Below are positions 56,902 to 64,000 of a stretch of 64,000 nt of DNA, piece after piece. Position 1 is the stretch's first letter. Each line of letters begins with the position of its first letter. Origin of the DNA: Candidatus Binatia bacterium (GTDB taxonomy: Bacteria; Desulfobacterota; Binatia; UBA9968; JAJDTQ01). A model generated the notes under the pieces. That model made no database searches and had not been told where the DNA came from. It saw only the letters and a program-made list of their open reading frames with translations. The translations under genes were made by a program, and so were the position numbers. The stretch lies in NCBI GenBank assembly GCA_022824205.1, contig JAJEAI010000201.1:4704-68703 (forward strand), written 5' to 3'.

Positions 56902-57231
56902 ATGGTATATTACATCGTTCAGTGGGACCTGCCCGACCAGAAGGCCAACCTCACCATCTACAGCAACAAGGCCAAGAACGACTGGCTGCCGATGACGCTG
57001 GCGACGCCCGGAGTCCGAGAGATCCGCAACCTCCGCAACCCGTTGGAGGTCAGCCCTCAGGTCGCCATCCTGATCGAGTTCGACTCCCTCCAGGCGTGGC
57101 AGGGCTTCATCGAGTCGCCGGACTATATCCGCATCATGCGCGAGCTGCGGATTCTCGGATGCACCAACTTCAACGCGCAGATCTGGTCCCCGTCCCGCTA
57201 CTTCCCGGAGTCGCTGAAGCGGGAGGAGTAG
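56902..57231 (+). CDS. hypothetical small protein (possible dimeric alpha/beta-barrel)
   Basis: It is 109 aa, MVYYIVQWDL...VAILIEFDSLQAWQGF. The ATG at 56902 lies in the frame of the long 56086 ORF, whose upstream part is spurious. Confidence 0.35.
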   Translation: MVYYIVQWDLPDQKANLTIYSNKAKNDWLPMTLATPGVREIRNLRNPLEVSPQVAILIEFDSLQAWQGFIESPDYIRIMRELRILGCTNFNAQIWSPSRYFPESLKREE

Positions 57232-57241
57232 CCGGAGGTCC

Positions 57242-57826
57242 GTGAACGCCCACCCCGACAGATTCCGGATTCTCAGGACCCGTACCCCCAGGGCCGTCGA
57301 CGGCGACGACTTCCGGCCGGCCGCGGTCCTCGCGCCGGTCCAGGAGCGCGCGGACGGCGATTACCTGATCCTCACCCTGCGCGCATCGAACCTCAGCTCC
57401 CACAGCGGGCAGGTGGCGTTCCCGGGCGGCAGCGTCGACCCGGAAGATGACGGCGCGCTGGCCGCGGCGCTTCGGGAGAGCCGGGAAGAGATCGGGATCG
57501 ACCCCGATCACGTGCGTATCGTGGGCCAGCTCGACCAGGTGGCGGCCGGGTACAACTTCCTGGTGACCCCGTTCGTGGGCCTGATCCCCCATCCCTACGA
57601 GTTTCGTCCCGACCCGCGGGAAACCGCCGCGGTGTTCTCCGTACCGGTGGCCGCGTTGCTGCGACAGGACGCGCTGACCCTGGACTCGCGCCTGTCCCGG
57701 CGCTCGGAGCCCATCTACCACTTTCAGTACGAGGACTGGGACATCTGGGGCGCGACGGCCCGGATGGTGAAACAGTTGCTGGAGCTGGTTTACGGCTACG
57801 AGGCGACGCCTGTCAGGCCGTGGTGA
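57242..57826 (+). CDS. NUDIX hydrolase, CoA pyrophosphatase-like
   Basis: The Nudix box is GGSVDPEDDGALAAALRESREEIG. The length is 194 aa. Confidence 0.7.
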   Translation: MNAHPDRFRILRTRTPRAVDGDDFRPAAVLAPVQERADGDYLILTLRASNLSSHSGQVAFPGGSVDPEDDGALAAALRESREEIGIDPDHVRIVGQLDQVAAGYNFLVTPFVGLIPHPYEFRPDPRETAAVFSVPVAALLRQDALTLDSRLSRRSEPIYHFQYEDWDIWGATARMVKQLLELVYGYEATPVRPW

Positions 57827-57889
57827 CGGAGGACCGGGACGGCGGCGCGACCTGGCGCTGCCGGATGGCCGGGACCGCGGGGGTCGAAG

Positions 57890-58198
57890 TCAGTCGAGGT
57901 CGATGTCCTTGAGCGGCTTCTCGATGGGCTCGTCCTTGGCCTTCTTGAACAATTCCTGAAACTTCCGGTCGAGCACCTTGCCCTTGTCCTTTTCCGCATC
58001 GAGGATGTGACGGTACTTCTGGTCGCGCTGTGTCGCTTCTTCCCGAAGCATGCGCCCGGCGTCCTTGAGGTCCGGCGCCTTGTGCTGCGGCGGCGGCGAC
58101 TCGTGCCGCAGCACCACCGCCAGCGACGGATCGACGACCAGCGTCGCGCCGCAACAGGGGCAATCCAGCCTGATGGTCTGTGCTTCCTGGTCTGCCAT
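57890..58198 (-). CDS. small zinc-ribbon protein (CPCC...CQQC)
   Basis: The start is refined to ATG 58198. The N-terminal part is MADQEAQTIRLDCPCCGATLVVDP. The C-terminal half is a charged helix. The ORF-track N-terminal extension runs through MITE fragment H and is rejected. Confidence 0.45.
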   Translation of the reverse strand: MADQEAQTIRLDCPCCGATLVVDPSLAVVLRHESPPPQHKAPDLKDAGRMLREEATQRDQKYRHILDAEKDKGKVLDRKFQELFKKAKDEPIEKPLKDIDLD

Positions 58199-58259
58199 GG
58201 TCGCCTCGAATCGTCCTTCCCGCGAAAGCGGGAATCCAGGGGTCGGGAGGGGCCGACTC

Positions 58260-58628
58260 CTAGCCGCGCAGTTCGATCTGCTCGCCGTCGGGGCCGCCGA
58301 AGACGACCCGGCGCCAGCCTTCCTCGCGCGGCTCCCGCGCCGCGGTGCCGTGGGGCGCGCGCAGCAGCGGCACGCCGCGCCGCTGCAAATCCGCCACCGT
58401 TTCATCGAAGCTGTCCGTCTCCAGGCAGAAGTGGAAACCGGTCATGGAGCCGTCGCTCTTGTGCGTCAGTTCCAGCACGGTGTCGCCGAGCTTGAGGTAC
58501 GCGATCTGCATCCCCGCGTTGGCCTGATGCTGGAAGTACTTTCGGAAGCCGAACTTGTCCTCATAGAAGGCGATGGCCCGGTCCAGGTCCGCGACATGGA
58601 GCGCTACGTGGTCGATTCTCTTGAACAT
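58260..58628 (-). CDS. VOC-family (glyoxalase/bleomycin-resistance/dioxygenase) protein
   Basis: RIDHVALHVADLDRAIAFYEDKFGF is a glyoxalase-fold N-terminus. The start is refined to 58628. Confidence 0.65.
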   Translation of the reverse strand: MFKRIDHVALHVADLDRAIAFYEDKFGFRKYFQHQANAGMQIAYLKLGDTVLELTHKSDGSMTGFHFCLETDSFDETVADLQRRGVPLLRAPHGTAAREPREEGWRRVVFGGPDGEQIELRG

Positions 58629-58832
58629 GGAGGTTCCCCGTTTCTGCCACACGGAACGTTCCGCCACACGGAACAGTATGGCGCGATTGTGCCCCGGACC
58701 GGCACGATTCGTCAACGTGTTTGTTCCAGAGCCGGTGATTCGGCAACGGACCCTTGCCATCCGCGACAGGTAGCGTCAAGGGCAAGGACAACGTGACTTG
58801 CATCCCCGGCGGCGATTCATCATGGTTCCCCC

Positions 58833-59528
58833 ATGCCTGTCTATCGCCTGAGCCGGGAGCTCGTCTTTCCCGACCCGCGCGAGGCGGAGCCCAGCGGGCT
58901 TCTGGCGGTGGGAGGCGATCTCGGCGGCGCGCGGCTGCTGCTGGCGTACTCCATGGGCATCTTCCCGTGGTACAGCGAGGGTCAGCCCATCCTGTGGTGG
59001 TCGCCGGACCCGAGGTGCGTCCTCGACCTCGACGATTTCCATGTCTCCAGGCGGCTGCGGCGGGTGCTGAACCAGGGGAGGTTCGACGTGACCTTCGATA
59101 CGGACTTCCGCGGCGTGATCCGGGCGTGCGCGTCCGTGGACCGGAACGGCCAGGACGGTACCTGGATCACGCCGGAGATGGAACAGGCCTACGTCCGGCT
59201 GCACGACGCGGGCCTGGCTCATTCGGCGGAGTGCCGGCGCGGCGGCGAGTTGGTGGGCGGCATCTATGGTGTCGCCCTCGGGCGCGGGTTCTTCGGCGAG
59301 TCCATGTTTCACCGCGCGACGGACGCCTCCAAGGTGGCGCTGGCGCGGCTGGTGGAGCGGCTCGCCGGCTGGGGCTTCCATTTCATCGACGCCCAAGTTA
59401 CAACTTCCCACATGTTGAGCCTCGGCGCGCGGGAGGTGCCGAGGGAGGCTTTTCTGGCGAGTCTCGTCGAAGCGTTGCGCCATCCCACCCGCCGCGGCAG
59501 TTGGCGGAAAGCCGGCGGGGCGCCATAG
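58833..59528 (+). CDS. aat: leucyl/phenylalanyl-tRNA--protein transferase
   Basis: The motifs GIFPWYS, PILWWSPDPR and GESMFH are conserved blocks of the Aat family. The length is 231 aa. Confidence 0.8.
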   Translation: MPVYRLSRELVFPDPREAEPSGLLAVGGDLGGARLLLAYSMGIFPWYSEGQPILWWSPDPRCVLDLDDFHVSRRLRRVLNQGRFDVTFDTDFRGVIRACASVDRNGQDGTWITPEMEQAYVRLHDAGLAHSAECRRGGELVGGIYGVALGRGFFGESMFHRATDASKVALARLVERLAGWGFHFIDAQVTTSHMLSLGAREVPREAFLASLVEALRHPTRRGSWRKAGGAP

Positions 59529-59617
59529 CGCGGCAAGTCGCGGGACGGGTTCCGGACACGCCGACGATCGACAAGCACGGGAAGACAGCCGAACCACAGC
59601 GAAGGGAGGGGCCTCGG

Positions 59618-59803
59618 ATGGCCACGGTCAAGGAAGGATTTACGTTCAAGTATCAGGCGAACAAGAACTCATCCATCGAGGAAACCACGTTCTCGCCGGG
59701 AGACGAGCTGGAGGTGGTGGAGGAGTGGAGCAACGACCTGTGTCTCGTGCGGGACGCGGACGGCGTGGTCTACAACGTGCCGAAGAAAAATCTCGACCTG
59801 TGA
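59618..59803 (+). CDS. small hypothetical protein (61 aa)
   Basis: The ATG at 59618 lies after a GAAGGGAGGG ribosome-binding site, in the tail of the long 58754 ORF. I recognise no motif. Confidence 0.3.
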   Translation: MATVKEGFTFKYQANKNSSIEETTFSPGDELEVVEEWSNDLCLVRDADGVVYNVPKKNLDL

Positions 59804-59851
59804 CAAGACGCCGGTGACAGGGCGCCGGCGTCTGTCCGGCCCGGCCGCCCG

Positions 59852-61084
59852 TTACGCGCCGCGGAACTCTTCCGGGAAGAGCCGGACGGCGCTCTCGATG
59901 GGCGGCCCCGGCATGTTGATCAGGCTGCAGAACCCCTTGCCCTTGTTGAAGGCGATCAACTTCCCGAACTGCTCCACCAGCGCATCGTTTCCCTCGCCCG
60001 CCTGAACCTTCTTGAGCAGCGCCGCCAGCATGTTGGTCTCCATGCGGCAGGCCGGGCACTGGCCGCAGGACTCCTGGGCGAAGAAGTCCGCGATGCGCAC
60101 CACCTCGTCCAGCACGGAATCGTCCTCCGTCAGGACCTTGACGACGCCGCAGCCGATGGAAGAGCCCGCTTCGCGCAGGGAGTCGTGGTCGAGGGGCAGG
60201 TCGAGGCCCTCGGGCAGCAGAAAGCCCGATGACGGCCCACCGGGAAGGATGGCCTTGATGGCCTTGCCGCTCTTCAAGCCTCCGCCGCACTCCTCCACGA
60301 GGTGGCGCAGCGGGGTCCCGAGGGGCAGTTCGTAGACCCCGGGCCGCTCCATTTCGTCCCCCAGCGAGAACACCATGGTGCCCGGGCTTTCCGCGGTGCC
60401 GAAGGAACGGTAGGACTCCGGCCCCTTGTTCACGATGGGCGCGATGTTGGCCAGGGTCTCGACGTTGTTGACCAGGCTGGGCTTGCCGAACAGGCCCTCG
60501 GTGACCGGGAAGGGCGGCTTCTGCCGCGGCAGCGGGTCCTTCCCCTCGATGACCTCCAGGGCCGCGGTGTCCTCGCCGGCGACGTAGTTCGACGGCGCCG
60601 CCACCATGACGATTTCGAGGCTGAACCCGGAACCGGCGATGTCCGCGCCGCAGTACCCGGCCTGCCGGGCTTCCTCGACGGCCGTCTCCACCGCGCGGGT
60701 GGCCGCCTCGTAGCCGTGGTTGATGTAGAGGTAGGCTTTCTCCGCCTGCACCGCGTAGGCCGCGAGAATGATCCCATCGAGGATGAGATGGGGGACGTTC
60801 TCCATGAGCACGCGGTCTTTTTTGCTGCCGGGTTCGTCCTCGCCGCCGTTCATGACGACGTAGTGGGGCGTCTCGGGGCACTCGAGGGTGAGGGCGAGCT
60901 TCCGGCCGGTGGGAAACCCGGCGCCGCCGCGGCCGCGCAGGCCCGACGCCTCCACCTTGGCGACAACCTCCTCCGGAGACATCTCGGCGAGCCGCTCCAC
61001 GGTCTGGTAGCCGCCGCGGGCGCGATAGGCGTCCAGCCCTTCGAGCCCCTCGGGCACGCCGCGCGGGAACAGGATGCCTTCCAT
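59852..61084 (-). CDS. NuoF-like NADH-binding flavoprotein (51-kDa subunit family; SLBB plus 4Fe-4S)
   Basis: The FMN/NADH blocks are GLRGRGGAGFPTG and YVVMNGGEDEPGSKKDR. The C-terminal Fe-S motif is ESCGQCPACR. The start is refined to 61084. Confidence 0.8.
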   Translation of the reverse strand: MEGILFPRGVPEGLEGLDAYRARGGYQTVERLAEMSPEEVVAKVEASGLRGRGGAGFPTGRKLALTLECPETPHYVVMNGGEDEPGSKKDRVLMENVPHLILDGIILAAYAVQAEKAYLYINHGYEAATRAVETAVEEARQAGYCGADIAGSGFSLEIVMVAAPSNYVAGEDTAALEVIEGKDPLPRQKPPFPVTEGLFGKPSLVNNVETLANIAPIVNKGPESYRSFGTAESPGTMVFSLGDEMERPGVYELPLGTPLRHLVEECGGGLKSGKAIKAILPGGPSSGFLLPEGLDLPLDHDSLREAGSSIGCGVVKVLTEDDSVLDEVVRIADFFAQESCGQCPACRMETNMLAALLKKVQAGEGNDALVEQFGKLIAFNKGKGFCSLINMPGPPIESAVRLFPEEFRGA

Positions 61085-61089
61085 GGCGG

Positions 61090-61413
61090 TCAAAACACTC
61101 CGGTGTCCAGCAACTGGTAGATGAGTTCCTTGAGGGAGGGGTCGATCTTGTCCAGCCGGTCCACCGCCGGGCCGCCGGCCATGTGCTCGACGATGTCGTC
61201 CAGATCCTCGCTCTTGACGCCAGCGTACCAGAACCTGTCGGGGTAAAGGACCATGTTGGGACCTTCCTGACAGGCGCCGAAGCACATGTAGGAACGCACC
61301 TCCACGTCCGTCAGCCCCTTGGCCGCCACGCGCTCCTGGAGATCCTTCATGATCTCCTCGGAGCCGCGGCTCTTGCAGTCGACGTTCTGACACACCAGGC
61401 AGAATCGATTCAC
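61090..61413 (-). CDS. thioredoxin-like [2Fe-2S] ferredoxin (NuoE/HoxF-N-like)
   Basis: The cysteine motifs are CLVCQNVDC and CFGACQEGP. The GTG start at 61413 has an AGGAG box 6 nt upstream. The stop is 5 nt before the NuoF-like start. Confidence 0.55.
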   Translation of the reverse strand: MNRFCLVCQNVDCKSRGSEEIMKDLQERVAAKGLTDVEVRSYMCFGACQEGPNMVLYPDRFWYAGVKSEDLDDIVEHMAGGPAVDRLDKIDPSLKELIYQLLDTGVF

Positions 61414-61822
61414 GGGTTCTCCTTGCTCGCAGAGGGAGTCGACGAGCCGGACCGCCGGCTCACCCGAAGAACCCGGCCCTTGTCCTTGAAGATCTCGCTC
61501 AGGACATGCTCGTCGTGGGCGTTGGGAAACGCCTCGGACAGATGTTTCCATATTCCGCCTCGGAGAGCAAATCGCCGTCGACGCCGTAACGCATGCCCGC
61601 GTGGTCGCCCACGACTCCACCTAGCCGCACGGACTCACGGTACTTTGCGCACGCTTCCCTTTGCCTGTGATTTGTGCGAAAAACGTGAGTTTAATATCGG
61701 TGCGGTGTTTCACCGTGAGGCATCACGAATCCATGGGCTGGACGCGGTCACGCGGACCGTCCATGCCCGATGATGAAGAGTGCCCCGGCGAGTCACCGCA
61801 GACAAAGCGTAGGAGGCTCGTC

Positions 61823-62857
61823 ATGGTCAATCGGTTACTCCGAATGTTGATGCTCTCGGCGCTTGTCCTTGTGTTGGTGCCGTCCCTGTCCCTCGGCGCG
61901 GACGACTTCTTCAAGGGCAAGACCATTCGTTTCGTGGTCGGATTCTCCCCGGGCGGGGGTTTCGACACTTACACCCGGCTCATCGCCCGCCATTTCGGCA
62001 AGCATGTGCCCGGCAACCCCCGGACGGTGGTGCAGAACCGGACCGGCGCCGGCAGCATGATCGCCGCCAACTACATCTACGCCAAGGCCAAGCCGGACGG
62101 CCTGACCATCGGCAACTGGATCGGCCCGTTGGTGTTGCAGCACGTGCTCGGCAAGAAGGGCATCCGGTTCGACGGGCGCAAGTTCAACTGGCTCGGTGTC
62201 CCGTCTACGGACGACAACACCTGTGCGCTCACCAAGGCCAGCGGCATCAACAACGTCAAGGACTGGCTCAACTCCAAGAGGCCGATCAAGATCGGCGCCA
62301 CCGGTCCCGGCTCGACCACCGATGACGTGCCCAAGCTGATCAAGGCCGCGACGGACCTGCCGATACAGATCATCGAGGGTTACGGCGGTACCGCGACCAT
62401 ACGGCTGGCGGCGGAAAAGGGCGAGATCGACGGCGGCTGCTGGGCGTGGCAGTCCATCAAGCCGACCTGGAGCCAGGGTATCGAAAGCGGCAACGTCAAG
62501 CCCGTCCTCCAGGTGGGCCCCGACAAGCACCCCGACCTCCAGGACGTGGGAGTGGCTTTCGATTTGGCCAAGGGCGACACCGGCAAGAAGCTGTTGGGGG
62601 TGGCCGCCGACGTCTACCGCGCACTGTCGCGGCCCTACAGCCTGCCGCCCGGAGTGCCCGCGGACCGGGTCAAGACGCTCCAAAAGGCGTTCGTGGATAC
62701 CTTGAAGGACCCCGAGCTGGTCGCCGCCGCCAAGAAGTCGAAGGTGGAGTTGAACCCGTACGACGGCAATTGGGTGGCGAAGAAGATGCAGGGGCTCTAC
62801 GACATGGACGACGCCACGTTGGCCTTGTTGAAGAAGACGCTGTTGCCGAAGAAGTAG
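61823..62857 (+). CDS. TctC-family (Bug) substrate-binding protein, paralogue of 28207..29247
   Basis: The ATG at 61823 lies after a GTAGGAGG ribosome-binding site. A signal peptide is followed by DFFKGKTIRFVVGFSPGGGFDTYTRLIARHFGKHVPG. It is about 50% identical by eye to the other TctC. Confidence 0.75.
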   Translation: MVNRLLRMLMLSALVLVLVPSLSLGADDFFKGKTIRFVVGFSPGGGFDTYTRLIARHFGKHVPGNPRTVVQNRTGAGSMIAANYIYAKAKPDGLTIGNWIGPLVLQHVLGKKGIRFDGRKFNWLGVPSTDDNTCALTKASGINNVKDWLNSKRPIKIGATGPGSTTDDVPKLIKAATDLPIQIIEGYGGTATIRLAAEKGEIDGGCWAWQSIKPTWSQGIESGNVKPVLQVGPDKHPDLQDVGVAFDLAKGDTGKKLLGVAADVYRALSRPYSLPPGVPADRVKTLQKAFVDTLKDPELVAAAKKSKVELNPYDGNWVAKKMQGLYDMDDATLALLKKTLLPKK

Positions 62858-63030
62858 TCGTGTATTGGATGGAGGAGACCGTTTCCCGGCCGCGCCCGGC
62901 GTGAGCCGGGGAACGGTTTCCTCCATGTGCCGGATTGGTTGGGCTTGACGGACAGCCGTCAGGGACGCCCTGCCGGTTGCCCGGCTACTCCTTTTGCGGG
63001 CTCACCTCTTTTCACTGGAAGTCAGGGATC

Positions 63031-64000
63031 ATGGGCGAAATGGTTCAGGCCTTCGGGGCCGGCTTGGCACAGGTTTTCACGGCGACTACCTTCACGCTCA
63101 TGATGCTGGGCATCGTGATCGGGTTCGCCGTGGGCATCCTGCCGGGGCTCGGCGGGCCGGTCACGCTGGCGCTGATGCTGCCGTTCATCTTCAAGATGGA
63201 GGCGGTGGAGGCTTTCGCTTTCCTCCTGGGCATGTCGGCGGTCACCGCCACCACCGGCGACATCACCTCCATCCTGTTCGGCATCCCCGGCGAGGCCATT
63301 ACCGCGTCCACCATCGTGGACGGCCATCCCATGGCCAAGAAGGGCGAGGCCGGGCGCGCCCTCGGCGCCTCGCTCATGAGCTCCCTGGTGGGCGCCGTCT
63401 TCGGCGCCTTCGCCCTGGCCCTGGCCATCCCCATCGTGCGCCCGCTGGTGCTGGCCATCGGCTCGCCCGAGTTCTTCATGCTGGCGCTCCTGGGGGTGAC
63501 CTTCCTTGCCGCGTTGAGCGGCGAGGCCGTGGTCCGAGGGCTCACCGCCGCGGCCCTGGGGCTCATGCTCGCCACCGTGGGGCTCGATCCCATCTCCGGC
63601 ATCGAGCGCTTCACCTTCGACAACCTCTACCTGTGGGACGGCATCAGGTTGGTGCCGGTCACCCTTGGCCTGTTCGCCATCCCGGAGGTCATCGAGCTCT
63701 GGGTCAAGGGCTCCAGTATCGCGGAAGAGAAGGTGGAGAAGCTGGGCGGGGTCATGGAGGGCGTCAAGGACACCTTCCGCCACTGGGGCCTGGTGCTGCG
63801 CTGCAGTGCCATCGGCACCTACATCGGCATCATCCCGGGCATGGGGGGTGCGGTCTCCCAGTGGGTCGCCTACGCCCACGCGGTGCAGAGCACCCCCGAC
63901 AAGGAGCGCTTCGGCAAGGGGGCGGTGGAAGGGGTGCTGGGACCGGGCGCGGCCAACAACTCGAACCTGGGCGGCGCGCTGGTGCCCACCATCGCCTTCG
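63031..64000 (+). CDS. TctA-family tripartite tricarboxylate transporter large permease (3' partial, runs off window)
   Basis: MGEMVQAFGAGLAQVFT...GILPGLGGPVTLALMLPFIF is the TctA N-terminus. It is not in the ORF track because there is no stop before the window end. Confidence 0.7.
   Translation, partial: MGEMVQAFGAGLAQVFTATTFTLMMLGIVIGFAVGILPGLGGPVTLALMLPFIFKMEAVEAFAFLLGMSAVTATTGDITSILFGIPGEAITASTIVDGHPMAKKGEAGRALGASLMSSLVGAVFGAFALALAIPIVRPLVLAIGSPEFFMLALLGVTFLAALSGEAVVRGLTAAALGLMLATVGLDPISGIERFTFDNLYLWDGIRLVPVTLGLFAIPEVIELWVKGSSIAEEKVEKLGGVMEGVKDTFRHWGLVLRCSAIGTYIGIIPGMGGAVSQWVAYAHAVQSTPDKERFGKGAVEGVLGPGAANNSNLGGALVPTIAF

Noticed and set aside
56086-57231. 381-aa ORF spanning the SDR gene region in another frame
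   Set aside because: Only its last 109 codons (from ATG 56902) are plausibly real. The upstream part overlaps the SDR gene 56090..56881, which is in a frame with clear motifs.
1-64000. tRNA/rRNA genes and integrase/recombinase genes at island borders
   Set aside because: I scanned the intergenic regions by eye. I found no cloverleaf-like tRNA candidates and no tyrosine or serine recombinase motifs. The only mobility-associated gene is the Rpn/YhgA-like gene at 823..1824, which is not adjacent to either island.

Overview
High-GC (~65%) bacterial chromosomal window carrying ordinary metabolic operons interrupted by two putative anti-phage islands and a dense family of nested palindromic MITE/REP-like repeats. 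All functional calls below rest on motifs I recognised by eye in the supplied translations; no database or HMM search was possible. (1) Island 1, ~10.4-17.4 kb, all on the minus strand: a 1225-aa protein with an N-terminal SIR2-like (SIR2_2-type) domain and a long helical tail, which I infer to be DSR-like; an ABC-type AAA_15/21 ATPase translationally coupled to a DUF4276 (TOPRIM-like) gene that is frameshifted, which I infer to be an OLD/AbiL-like pair; an XRE-HTH regulator; and a protein with tandem CxxC...CxPH motifs. An ORC/COG1672-like ATPase lies next to it on the plus strand. (2) Island 2, ~39.0-52.6 kb, all on the minus strand: DUF499 ATPase, then a DUF3780-like protein, then a DUF1156 Zn-ribbon adenine methylase (the 'anti-phage-associated' trio), then a second PglX/Eco57I-like N6-adenine methyltransferase, then a small PD-(D/E)xK-like protein, then a PLD-nuclease::SNF2-helicase fusion. 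(3) A ~180-bp near-perfect palindrome nested inside ~30-bp outer inverted repeats (TTGACACAGCC...GCGGGAATGACG) occurs as at least 6 large copies plus 2 fragments, always intergenic or at gene ends, and generates many spurious ORFs. Housekeeping content includes a Dpp/Opp-type ABC importer with an embedded ornithine-cyclodeaminase-family gene, an AprBA-like ferredoxin plus flavoprotein pair, a MOP-like molybdenum aldehyde oxidoreductase with a UbiD decarboxylase, LigAB extradiol dioxygenase, AddAB helicase-nuclease, asparaginase, an ExeM/NucH-type nuclease, Aat, NuoEF-like diaphorase, two TctC paralogues and a TctA. An Rpn/YhgA-like putative transposase sits at the 5' end. No rRNA, tRNA or CRISPR array was seen. 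Most long plus/minus antisense ORFs in the track are high-GC artefacts.
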